Assembly (NCBI GenBank): GCA_012839865.1
Contig: DUMO01000050.1
Span: 1-38,358 of the forward strand
Source of the DNA: Clostridiaceae bacterium
GTDB lineage: Bacteria; Bacillota; Clostridia; CAYPLH01; DUMO01
Direction of reading: 5' to 3'
Length of the DNA: 38,358 bases
Shown here in pieces: positions 9,364 through 18,507 of the stretch (position 1 is the first letter of the stretch; every line of letters begins with the position of its first letter). The notes under the pieces are model-generated. The model was not told where the DNA came from and searched no databases. It was given only the letters and a program-made list of their open reading frames with translations. A program made the position numbers and the translations under genes.

Positions 9364-9771
9364 TTAAATTGATACGCTCATTACTTTAATAGGACATGTC
9401 CTGACACATAGTTCGCACACAACACACTTTTCCTTATTAAAAGTAAGAGACCAGCTGTTCTTGTCCATTGTGAGGGCTTCCGTCGGACAAACAGCCGTAC
9501 AGGCACCACAATGAACACAGCCTTCCTCCTGCCAGATTATTGACCTTGTAAACAGCCTGATATCAACGCCCTGTTCTTTCAAAAACTTAAGACCTTCTTC
9601 TATCTTAGCCTCTTCACCCGTTATGTCCGCTACAAGCTGCCCGATTTTGTTAAGCCCTACATTTGCATTCAGTATGTTAACTTCAAGATCATAATCCTTT
9701 ATCAAATGATATGTTAAGGGTTTTGTCACTATATCCGGACTAAACCTCATGGATACTTTTATTGTTTTCAA
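9364..9771 (-). CDS. NIL domain plus 2x[4Fe-4S] ferredoxin (MA1822-like)
   Basis: N-terminal NIL-type domain (KPLTYHLIKDYDLEVNILNA), then CVHCGACTAVCP and CVVCELCVRTCP. The start overlaps the upstream stop. Confidence 0.9.
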   Translation of the reverse strand: MKTIKVSMRFSPDIVTKPLTYHLIKDYDLEVNILNANVGLNKIGQLVADITGEEAKIEEGLKFLKEQGVDIRLFTRSIIWQEEGCVHCGACTAVCPTEALTMDKNSWSLTFNKEKCVVCELCVRTCPIKVMSVSI

Positions 9772-10934
9772 TTGTCCCCCTCCCTTATATCCAGGGTATT
9801 TACCTTGTTTTCTCTGGGAAGCTCCGCTACAGCCTGTGCCAAAAGGAATTCGCCTTTCATTATTTGCATCTTTACAAGTTCAGCAATTTCACGGGCTTTC
9901 TTAATGCTTGACAGCGGTGCGGTTGGCACCTTCTTGCCGTTAAGCATTACAAAACCGCTTTTAAGCTCGGCATATGAAACTCTTCCCAAAGCAGGTCTTG
10001 CTCTGCTTGGAACACTCTCATCCATAATGTTTGTAAATATTTCACTGTCCTTTACCGCAGTGTACATTAGCATTTCTTCGTCAAAAACAGGTATTGGAAT
10101 TCCGATTCCCACAAACAATGTAACACCATACTTGGGGAACACTGCTGCCCTTATGAACCGGGTATCCATCTTTTTAAGGTCACCTATTACAGCCAGTGTA
10201 CCTGAGGCTCCAATAGGCACTCCGTTTTCTCCCCGGACCTGCCCGGGATTATGCTGGGTGCCTTCCCACGCAACATAACCTTGAGCACCCCCCAGGAAAA
10301 TCCTGGTACCTACTCCGATGGCCCTGTAATATGGGTCGTTGAGAAGCGGGCTCAATTGTCCGGAGGTAGTATATGTTACATTGGAGCATTTCGGAAGCAA
10401 TGTGCCCATATAGGTATATATGGTTCTGTCACTTGTATTGGTGGCAGCTATATAATTCTGGTAACAATTTCGCGGATTGAACATGAATGCCTGATTGATA
10501 TTGGTCTTGTTGATATAGGTATCAATCTCTTTCCTGGGGTAACAGTCAGTACCGTAGGATTCGGCATAAAGCCTGATATCCTTTCCTGCTATTAAATCCT
10601 CAATAACATGAGCTCCCCCATATTCCATGCCTCTCGTCTCTGAAAGCTCGGTAGCACCGATATATGCATCAACAGCAGCTACTCCTCCGTATGCTGGTAC
10701 GTCATTCAGCCAAACCTTGCACATCCTTATGGGAGGATCCGAATGGCCAAAATTAAGAAATGCTCCGCTTGAACACATTGGTCCGAAGGTAGCAGTAGTA
10801 ACAACATCCACCTCTTTGGCTGCTTGCTTTATTCCCTTTTCCGCTACCACATCAATTATTTCTTCCGCCGTAAATACGACTGCTTTGCCTGATTTTATCT
10901 TTTCATTAATCTCATCAATACTTTTGTACCCCAT
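9768..10934 (-). CDS. Homocysteine biosynthesis protein, DUF39 family (aspartate-semialdehyde sulfurtransferase, MA1821-like, no CBS domains)
   Basis: KSIDEINEKI..GKAVV.TAEE, VDVVTTATFGPMCSSGAFLNFGH, YGGAHVIEDLIAG, RNCYQNY and PLLNDPYYR.IG.GTRIFLGG. Confidence 0.9.
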   Translation of the reverse strand: MGYKSIDEINEKIKSGKAVVFTAEEIIDVVAEKGIKQAAKEVDVVTTATFGPMCSSGAFLNFGHSDPPIRMCKVWLNDVPAYGGVAAVDAYIGATELSETRGMEYGGAHVIEDLIAGKDIRLYAESYGTDCYPRKEIDTYINKTNINQAFMFNPRNCYQNYIAATNTSDRTIYTYMGTLLPKCSNVTYTTSGQLSPLLNDPYYRAIGVGTRIFLGGAQGYVAWEGTQHNPGQVRGENGVPIGASGTLAVIGDLKKMDTRFIRAAVFPKYGVTLFVGIGIPIPVFDEEMLMYTAVKDSEIFTNIMDESVPSRARPALGRVSYAELKSGFVMLNGKKVPTAPLSSIKKAREIAELVKMQIMKGEFLLAQAVAELPRENKVNTLDIREGDN

Positions 10935-11076
10935 ATAAATGCACCCTCTTGTTTTGTTGCTTATATTACTGTAATTTAAGGTTGTTTACATAACCACTTT
11001 GAAATTGCCGATAAATATTATTTCTATTATAGGCTTACTTCGGCAATAATTCAACAAAAAAATTCACATGCAAATA

Positions 11077-11664
11077 CTAGACATCAACATCGGTCAGCCA
11101 TTTTGAAGATGGCATGGATGGCGTATAAGAGTCAATATAGTCAAGGGCTTCCTTTATATCATTTGTCGTAAAGTAAAGGGTTGAACATTCACGTTTTGCA
11201 AACTTCAGGGTTATAATCTGTTCAAAGAATTCAATGAGCTTGTCATAGAAGTTGTTAATATTGAGAATGACAATAGGTTTGCAATGATAATGCAATTGCT
11301 TTAAAGTTATTATTTCCAGAAGCTCCTCCAGCGTTCCATAACCACCCGGAAGGGCAATGAAAGCTTCAGAAAGGCTATCCATTTTTGCCTTTCTGGTGCG
11401 CATGTCCTTTGTTATAATCAATTCATCACAGCTCTCATAAACTATGCCTTTGACATTCAAAGCCTCCGGAATGACACCTATGACCTTTCCATTGTTATTA
11501 TGAACAGCTTCCGCAACTGCACCCATTAAACCGGTAAGCCCTCCGCCATACAAAAATATGTCATTTCGGATGGCAATTTCCCTGCCAAGCTTCCTGGCAG
11601 CGTCAAAATATACTTTATCAATCGCGCAGCTTGATGAACTGTAAACACATATTGTTTTATTCAT
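11077..11664 (-). CDS. LOG family (TIGR00730) nucleotide phosphoribohydrolase
   Basis: ICVYSSS, GGGLTGLMG, MRTRK and PGGYGTLEE motif. Likely start is ATG 11664 (GGAG upstream); the ORF track starts at 11715. Confidence 0.9.
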   Translation of the reverse strand: MNKTICVYSSSSCAIDKVYFDAARKLGREIAIRNDIFLYGGGLTGLMGAVAEAVHNNNGKVIGVIPEALNVKGIVYESCDELIITKDMRTRKAKMDSLSEAFIALPGGYGTLEELLEIITLKQLHYHCKPIVILNINNFYDKLIEFFEQIITLKFAKRECSTLYFTTNDIKEALDYIDSYTPSMPSSKWLTDVDV

Positions 11665-11785
11665 TGCATCACACTCCAAATCTGTTGTCCAAAACCCCTT
11701 TTTAGCTGGAAGCAAAAGCGGTTATTTGAAAGTTAAACATATTATAACCAAAAAACAAAACATGTCAACGGAAAGTTTATGAAGT

Positions 11786-11892
11786 GGGACAGGGGGTGGG
11801 ACATGTTATCCCACTGTCTCAACATTATACACCTGAAACAAATGAAATGTGTGCAGAACAATAACAGGGACAATACACCTGTCACCCTGTCC
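11786..11892. repeat. Dispersed GGGACAGGGG-type inverted-repeat element, copy 1
   Basis: Left end GGGACAGGGGGTGGGACA. Right end GGGACAATACACCTGTCACCCTGTCC (11867-11892) is 22/26 identical to 23055-23080. Confidence 0.7.
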
Positions 11893-11965
11893 TGCATTTA
11901 AGAGTAACATAAATTAAATTTACTGAGTAATATATGTATTAGAAAAGCAAGCAGGAGGATTCATT

Positions 11966-12355
11966 ATGAGCGTGGATAAAAGGTTGACTTATATAGCCAA
12001 TGCTATTCATGCAGCAAATAAAATAAACGATACATATCGTAATTTTTATAAAAGCAGGTCTCAAGACAATGAAAATCTGCCTTCCAAAATCGATATGGTC
12101 AGAAGTTCAATGAACGTGGTAACCGATTACTGCCCCGAATCCCACAGGGAAAGGTTTGGAAAAGCATTCAAAAAGACAAACCTCTACACTGATACATTTA
12201 TCAGATTAAGAGAATATATAATGACTGCCAACAGCAGAAGCGACCGCAGAGAACACTTTATAAACCTAATTGGCATATTGCAGCCGGTGGCTGACACAAG
12301 AAGCAGGTATCTCCTTGACAAGATTATAAAGCTTTATGAAATACTGCACAGTTAG
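11966..12355 (+). CDS. Hypothetical protein (129 aa, predicted helical)
   Basis: Strong RBS AGGAGG with 6-nt spacing; fills the gap between LOG and the DUF4129 gene; no recognised motif. Confidence 0.75.
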   Translation: MSVDKRLTYIANAIHAANKINDTYRNFYKSRSQDNENLPSKIDMVRSSMNVVTDYCPESHRERFGKAFKKTNLYTDTFIRLREYIMTANSRSDRREHFINLIGILQPVADTRSRYLLDKIIKLYEILHS

Positions 12356-12487
12356 TTCAAAATACCCCAATGGTTTAAGCCATGGACTTTTGGCTGCGCT
12401 TTGCCAGTTAAATTTCAATACGACAGCCAGAGTCATGTTCCTTCGCCAGGTTTTCGCAAATTGCATCCCGACCCCGGACATAACTGC

Positions 12488-13852
12488 TTATTTCAACACC
12501 TCATGGACACTGGAGAACTTGCTTAGGGCATCTTCCACCTCATCGCTGCCGGGCATGCTTTCTCCGTATCTTACATTTTCGTATATTTGAGTAATCCTGT
12601 GAAAGTCTCTTTCAATACCCTCAATCTGAAGGGACTTTCTATAAATTTCTCCTGTCGTGTTGCTGGCATCTATCTGAACACTTTTTCCCGGAAGCATTTT
12701 AAGTATAAGGTAATAAAGGTATCTTATCTTCTTTACAGGATCATTGATTTTCTTGAGAATTCTCAATCCCTTTTTGATATTGTCCGTCTTTTTATATTCT
12801 TTGCTTTCAGCCTTTCTTTCCTCTTTAGGAATAATTGTCTCAATCTGGTCGGTATAATCCGCTTCCCCGGCTTCAGAGCCTGTACCCATTCTAAACAAGC
12901 TTTTTATAAAATTTATAAACCGGCTGGTCAGGCTTCTTACTTTCACTACTAAGTTAGGGAAGAGCTTGATTAGGGCTCTGATTAAGTAATAACCTACTAT
13001 AAAAACTACAACCGCCGTTAAAACTCCATATATAATCTCGGCCAGCAAGCTGGATTCTCCCCCGAGTTCCGCAAATAAATCATTTGTGCCGCCACCGTCT
13101 CCCTGGCCACCTCCACTATCTCCTGCGAGAGGTGACAAAAGAAAGCCGATAAGCCACAATACGAAAAGAATTATGTATCCTCCTATTTTGAACAGGAAAA
13201 TGACCATTGACTGCAAGTTAAAAAGCAGCAGTATAATAGCAAAAAGAACAATTATCAATCCTGTATTGTATCTTCTAATATTCTGCGGAACGCTTGCCGT
13301 GTCTATGTGCTTTTTCTTGAAAATCCTGTCCAGGTTTTGCTGGTTCTTTACAACCATGGCAAGAACCAGTGATGCATACGCAAAATAACTCACCGGAAGG
13401 AAAAAATAACTGCAGATTGCGTAATACTTTGAAACAATAAGGGATGCTGTCAATATTATAATTCCAATACTGATTGTTTTTCTGTCCAAAACGTCTTCAG
13501 CATCGATGAAATGAGTTCTAACCCCGGTTAAATAAATAAAAACCGTGAAAGCTGTTTCTGCAAGCAGTCTCCATATACTGCCGGATGAATGAATAAGGAC
13601 TGTGGCACCAGCAGGAAGGACACACAAAAGAAAAGTAATTGTTTTTCTAATAAGACCATCTTTTTTACCTACTACAAAATATGCAATAAAATATCCCGCA
13701 TACAAATATGCAGCATTAACAAAGTACTCGAACAATCTGGTGTCTTCCTTGAGAATTCCCATCCGGATAATCAGCATGGCAGGATAAAAGAACAAAAACA
13801 TTACAGAAACGGCAGTAAATTTTATAATAAAATTCTTAACATTTGCTTTCAT
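12488..13852 (-). CDS. Polytopic membrane protein with C-terminal DUF4129-like domain
   Basis: Many hydrophobic segments. C-terminal T.GE....ITQIYENVRYG pattern is typical of DUF4129. Start abuts the DUF58 stop. Confidence 0.7.
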   Translation of the reverse strand: MKANVKNFIIKFTAVSVMFLFFYPAMLIIRMGILKEDTRLFEYFVNAAYLYAGYFIAYFVVGKKDGLIRKTITFLLCVLPAGATVLIHSSGSIWRLLAETAFTVFIYLTGVRTHFIDAEDVLDRKTISIGIIILTASLIVSKYYAICSYFFLPVSYFAYASLVLAMVVKNQQNLDRIFKKKHIDTASVPQNIRRYNTGLIIVLFAIILLLFNLQSMVIFLFKIGGYIILFVLWLIGFLLSPLAGDSGGGQGDGGGTNDLFAELGGESSLLAEIIYGVLTAVVVFIVGYYLIRALIKLFPNLVVKVRSLTSRFINFIKSLFRMGTGSEAGEADYTDQIETIIPKEERKAESKEYKKTDNIKKGLRILKKINDPVKKIRYLYYLILKMLPGKSVQIDASNTTGEIYRKSLQIEGIERDFHRITQIYENVRYGESMPGSDEVEDALSKFSSVHEVLK

Positions 13853-14988
13853 TAATAATCAACTCCGGCGGGATAATATATGTCAATATCCCTCATGATA
13901 TTTTTTGATTCCATTTTCCTTAAGGATACAATTTTTACACTGTTTCTGCCGGACCTCAGCTTATAAACCCTATCATACAGATTTGCATTCATATAAGCCG
14001 TTATAATAATTATATCCGTATTCTTTATTTCTTCCTCAATTATATCCAGGAATTCTTCAAAATCCTTGTTCCGCTTCAGTTCCAGCTGTGCCAGCATGCC
14101 CATGAGCGCCCTTACATGCTCCCTGCCTCCTGCCATGGGAGTCACAATCATACTGTCCGGAATGCTGCTTAAACTGCCGTTGGAAGCAAACCTTACAGGG
14201 ATTCCGTTTTTTAACGCCCTGTCAAACATGGTTGCAGCAACTTTAATGCCCAACTCAATAATGTCTTTGTCCACTGTACCATGATACTCGTTTTCGATAG
14301 ATTGGATGTTCAAAACTACGGTGAGTTCCGGCTGGGCAGTAAAGTCATTTTTCTTGACCATCAGCTTCCCTGCCCTTGCTGTTGAAGACCAGTGTATCTT
14401 GTTCATCGGGTCCCAGGGAGTATACTCCCTGGCGCCGGCAACCATGAACGGGTCATCAATAATCCACCTTCTTATTATGGTATCTCCCTGAAGATATTTT
14501 GACTGTATGAAAATCCTCTCAAAGTCTATTGTTGCCGGATATACTGTAATACGGGCATTAGCGGGAACTGCAATTGAATTTGTGGAAATTCCCAAAGGGT
14601 CGCCGCTCAGCAGGGTAACATTTTTTGTTGTGTAGATACCCCGTTTAAGGCATTTTACCTTCCACCGCCTTATGGTTTTCTGATAGCTTTTCAGAAGAAA
14701 ACTGCTGGTAACATACCTGTTCTCCTGGGCAACTACGGACCGCGTATTGGCAAAATCCAACCACCTGGAGGAGTTTATGTCAACCTTCAACCAGGGAACA
14801 GGCAGCAGCTTTTTGTTGTGTACGGTCTCAACAAGATAAATTTCATCGCCTTCAGAGGCTTCGGTTTTACTGAATTCACATTTATAATCAACTTTCTGAA
14901 GCGCTTTTTTGTAAAAGATATACGACTGAAGCCTGATTGCGACTAGCAGAATAACCACCATAGCAACAAATTCCATACAAATTCCCAA
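13852..14988 (-). CDS. DUF58 domain protein (MoxR partner)
   Basis: NKKLLPVPWL, RGIY, GDPLG, AREYTPWDPMNKIHWSSTAR.GKLMVK and vWA-like LAQLE. Confidence 0.88.
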   Translation of the reverse strand: MGICMEFVAMVVILLVAIRLQSYIFYKKALQKVDYKCEFSKTEASEGDEIYLVETVHNKKLLPVPWLKVDINSSRWLDFANTRSVVAQENRYVTSSFLLKSYQKTIRRWKVKCLKRGIYTTKNVTLLSGDPLGISTNSIAVPANARITVYPATIDFERIFIQSKYLQGDTIIRRWIIDDPFMVAGAREYTPWDPMNKIHWSSTARAGKLMVKKNDFTAQPELTVVLNIQSIENEYHGTVDKDIIELGIKVAATMFDRALKNGIPVRFASNGSLSSIPDSMIVTPMAGGREHVRALMGMLAQLELKRNKDFEEFLDIIEEEIKNTDIIIITAYMNANLYDRVYKLRSGRNSVKIVSLRKMESKNIMRDIDIYYPAGVDY

Positions 14989-15097
14989 CTTTCAAGATAG
15001 AATAAGATTCACGGCACTGTTAACAACCCAATTTTTTAATACAGGCATGGTTCAACACCTCCACGAACCATGCCCGTTCATTTGCCAATTATCCCTG

Positions 15098-16045
15098 CTA
15101 TTCGACAGGCACCTTGATTTCATTCAATATTCTGCGAATTATGTCTTCAGCAGTATCCGAACCGCTTGTAACCGCATGTCCCTTTATTACAAGCCTGTGA
15201 GAAAGAACATAAGGAGCAAGATATTTTATATCATCAGGTGTGACAAAATCCCTGCCGTTTAGTGCCGCATATGCCTGGGAAGCTTTCATCAGGGCGATGC
15301 TCCCCCTTGGGCTTACACCCAGTATAATATCATCGTGATTTCTTGTTCTCTCCACTATGTTGAGAATATATTCCTTTGCTGCATCGCCGACTTTTACCGA
15401 CAATATCTCATTTTGAGCCTTAATTATATCCGAAGCATTGGCTACTTCTTCTACGCTTGGGTATGGGCTTCCGCTCTGGAATCTATCGAGAATTTCCTTG
15501 CCTTCATCAATTGAGGGATAACCCATCCTTATCCTGACTATGAATCTGTCCATCTGAGCTTCAGGAAGAGGAAATGTGCCTTGTATCTCTACAGGGTTTT
15601 GGGTTGCAATAACAAAAAACGGTTCTGACAGCAGTTTTGTTTCCCCGTCAATTGTGACCTGCTTTTCCTCCATACACTCCAAAAGACTTGACTGGGTTCT
15701 TGGAGTCGCCCTGTTGATTTCGTCTGCAAGAATAATATTTGCAAAAATAGGGCCCTTCCGGAAAACGAACTCCCCCTGCTTCTGGTTGTAATAATTGATA
15801 CCGCTCAAATCAGATGGCAGCAGATCCGGAGTAAATTGTATCCTCTTGAATTCACTGCTGATGGATCTGGCCAAACACTTGGCCAGCATGGTTTTGCCCA
15901 CTCCGGGAACATCTTCTAAAAGCACATGCCCCGAACTGAACAAAGATACAAGGATTATATCAATAACATCTTCCTTGCCGACAATTACCTTTGATATGTT
16001 CTCCCTGATTCTTGTACCAAGGTCTTTTACAAAACTGTCTATCAT
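15098..16045 (-). CDS. MoxR family AAA+ ATPase
   Basis: GHVLLEDVPGVGKT (Walker A), RIQFTPDLLPSD, LADEINRATPRTQSSLLECM, ATQNPVE.GTFPLPEAQMDRF and SPRGS. Confidence 0.95.
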   Translation of the reverse strand: MIDSFVKDLGTRIRENISKVIVGKEDVIDIILVSLFSSGHVLLEDVPGVGKTMLAKCLARSISSEFKRIQFTPDLLPSDLSGINYYNQKQGEFVFRKGPIFANIILADEINRATPRTQSSLLECMEEKQVTIDGETKLLSEPFFVIATQNPVEIQGTFPLPEAQMDRFIVRIRMGYPSIDEGKEILDRFQSGSPYPSVEEVANASDIIKAQNEILSVKVGDAAKEYILNIVERTRNHDDIILGVSPRGSIALMKASQAYAALNGRDFVTPDDIKYLAPYVLSHRLVIKGHAVTSGSDTAEDIIRRILNEIKVPVE

Positions 16046-16150
16046 TTTTCTCCCCCTGACTGCCGTAATAATAAGACTGTCTTTTTATGGTCTTATTACA
16101 ACTATTTATAATATATACTGCATGAAAATCGGTTTTTCATTTACAAATTA

Positions 16151-17320
16151 CTAACCGTTAAAAACCCTGTCAAATGCAGCAAGTGCATATTCCAACTGCT
16201 CCCTTGTATGGGTCGCCGTATAACTGGTTCTCAAGAGGCAATGCCCCGGTTGAACGGCAGGCGCAATAACAGGATTCACATAAACACCTTCATTTAGAAG
16301 CTTTCTTGTGATAATGAAGGTATTGTAATTTTCCCATGTCATTACCGGGATAATCGGGGTTGTGGAGTTCCCAATGGGAATATTCAATTTTTTGAATCCT
16401 TCCCGCATGAAATTTGCATTATCCCAGAGACGTTTAATTCTTTCAGGTTCAGACTCCAAAATGTTCAGGGCTTCCAGTGCTGCTGCAGCATTGGCCGGTG
16501 GGATTGATGCACTGAAAATGAAGGGACGTGAATTGTGTTTCACATAATGTATGACATCTTCTTTCGCTGCAATAAAACCACCGAGACTGGCCAGGGATTT
16601 GCTGAAAGTACTCATTACTATGTCCACTTCGTCTTCCAGGCCAAAGTATTCGGCGGTACCCCGTCCGTGCTCACCCATGACGCCAAGTCCATGGGCATCA
16701 TCTATCATAATTCTTGCTTCATATTTTTTCGCCAGTCTGACTATTTCAGGAAGATTGCATATATCACCTTCCATGCTGAAAACTCCGTCAACAACAATCA
16801 GTTTTCCATGTTTGTCAGGTATATTGCTCAGAACCCTTTCGAGGTCTTCCATATCATTATGTTCAAACTTGAGCATCTTGGCAAAGCTTAAGCGGCAGGC
16901 ATCAATTATACTTGCGTGATTCTGCCGGTCGCATATAACATAATCATTTCTGCCTGCTATGCATGAAATAATTCCAAGGTTGGTCTGGAATCCCGTACTG
17001 AAGGTAAGTGCTGCTTCAGTTTTCATGAATTGTGCAATTCTTCTTTCCAACTGGTTATGTAGTGTGAGTGTTCCGTTTAAAAACCTGGAGCCTGAGCACC
17101 CGGTACCAAACTTATCCAGAGCTTCTCTGGCTGCTTTAATCACCCTGGGATCTGAAGTAAGACCCAAATAATTGTTGGAACCAATCATAATGGTTCTTTT
17201 CCCGTTAATGATGACCTCTGTGTCCTGTCCTGATTCAAGCTCATGGAAGTAAGGATAAACTCCGGCATTTATTGCTTCTTTGGCAGCAGTATAATTATAG
17301 CATTTCTCAAAAATATCCAA
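16151..17320 (-). CDS. PLP-dependent alpha-oxoamine synthase, serine palmitoyltransferase-like
   Basis: GVYPYF, GSNNYLGL, GTGCSGSRFLNGT, NHASIID, DGVFSMEGD, DDAHG, PLP lysine in STFSKSLASLGG and RPFIFSAS. TTG start with AGGGGA RBS. Confidence 0.85.
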   Translation of the reverse strand: MDIFEKCYNYTAAKEAINAGVYPYFHELESGQDTEVIINGKRTIMIGSNNYLGLTSDPRVIKAAREALDKFGTGCSGSRFLNGTLTLHNQLERRIAQFMKTEAALTFSTGFQTNLGIISCIAGRNDYVICDRQNHASIIDACRLSFAKMLKFEHNDMEDLERVLSNIPDKHGKLIVVDGVFSMEGDICNLPEIVRLAKKYEARIMIDDAHGLGVMGEHGRGTAEYFGLEDEVDIVMSTFSKSLASLGGFIAAKEDVIHYVKHNSRPFIFSASIPPANAAAALEALNILESEPERIKRLWDNANFMREGFKKLNIPIGNSTTPIIPVMTWENYNTFIITRKLLNEGVYVNPVIAPAVQPGHCLLRTSYTATHTREQLEYALAAFDRVFNG

Positions 17321-17588
17321 GTTTTCATCCCCCTCTACAAATATTGCCTGCTTAATCGGCTGTACAATTTTAAAAAGCTCTCTCTTTTGCAGATTACCCC
17401 CTATACATTATATCAGAGAGCCTCTTTTTTAATTTCTGGAATTAAACACATTGTAGCATAAAAAATAAAATATTCATAGAGAATTAGAATGGAAATGTAT
17501 TTTCTGTTATAATTAACAATGTTTATTATACTTTCTGGCAATTAAACAAAAGATAGTATTTATCAGCAATTTACGAGGAGTGAGGAAG

Positions 17589-18206
17589 TTGAATTTGCAC
17601 AATGTCAGACTTGAATCCACTGCTGTAAGACCGGAACAATTTCCCGACACTGATATGCCTGAGGTGGCTTTTATCGGAAAATCCAACGTGGGTAAATCCT
17701 CCCTTATCAACTCTCTGCTAAACAGAAAGAAACTTGCCTTTGTTGGTTCAAAACCAGGCCGGACAAGGGTAATAAATTTTTATAATGTGGATGACAGGAT
17801 TCTGCTGGTTGACCTGCCGGGCTATGGCTTTGCCAATGTGCCAAAAACAGAGCAGCTGACATGGAAAAAGTTTATAGAATCTTATCTTTATAAAAGAACG
17901 CAATTGAAGCTGCTGGTCATGCTGGTGGATATCCGCCATAAACCGGGGGAGAATGATATTTTGATGTATGACTGGGTAAGGCATTACAACTTCCCCTGCC
18001 TGCTGGTGGCAACAAAATCCGATAAGCTGCCCAATTCAAAAATTTCCACAAACATTGAAATGATTAGATTTGCTTTGAATGAAGATGCAAACACGAAAAT
18101 AATTCCGTACTCCATTAATAAAAACACAGGAAGGGATATTCTCTGGGAAGAGATATTATCCCGCCTGAGGGACCAGGGGGACGGTTCCTCTGGTTTCCTT
18201 GGGTGA
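17589..18206 (+). CDS. yihA: Ribosome biogenesis GTP-binding protein YihA/YsxC (EngB)
   Basis: G1 GKSNVGKSS, G2 PGRT, G3 DLPGYG, G4 TKSD. Probable start is TTG 17589 (AGGAG 8 nt upstream); the ORF track uses GTG 17580. Confidence 0.95.
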   Translation: MNLHNVRLESTAVRPEQFPDTDMPEVAFIGKSNVGKSSLINSLLNRKKLAFVGSKPGRTRVINFYNVDDRILLVDLPGYGFANVPKTEQLTWKKFIESYLYKRTQLKLLVMLVDIRHKPGENDILMYDWVRHYNFPCLLVATKSDKLPNSKISTNIEMIRFALNEDANTKIIPYSINKNTGRDILWEEILSRLRDQGDGSSGFLG

Positions 18207-18345
18207 CCCGGGAGAATGACCTAGGGTGGCCAGGGGTAGCCATTCCCATGTCAAAAGTATGTCAGAAGAACAACCATGAAAGAGAGCTTTCACAGTAAAA
18301 TAGATTAAAGTATTTCAACTTTCACATTAACCGTCCCCATGACAC
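18169..18345. repeat. Dispersed inverted-repeat element, copy 2 (overlaps the yihA 3' end)
   Basis: GGGACCAGGGGGACGGTT at 18169-18186 and AACCGTCCCC at 18329-18338; perfect 10-bp inverted core GGGGACGGTT. Confidence 0.65.
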
Positions 18346-18507
18346 GGTCGACAAAAAATCGCATTATAGAAGGAAAATTATGAAAATTAGTCGAATACTT
18401 TAATGTTGATTAGTTCAGCTTTTTGCAAAAGGGTTCTGCAAATCAGGGTAAGTCTTGAAAAAGGCTTTCTGTCAGGTATAAGTAATTAACGATTGGAGGC
18501 AGCGGGA

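Noticed and set aside
10935..11076. SAM riboswitch upstream of the homocysteine cluster
   Set aside because: No SAM-I core motifs in the 140-bp gap; only an 8-bp inverted repeat (11004-11011 / 11040-11047) of unclear meaning.
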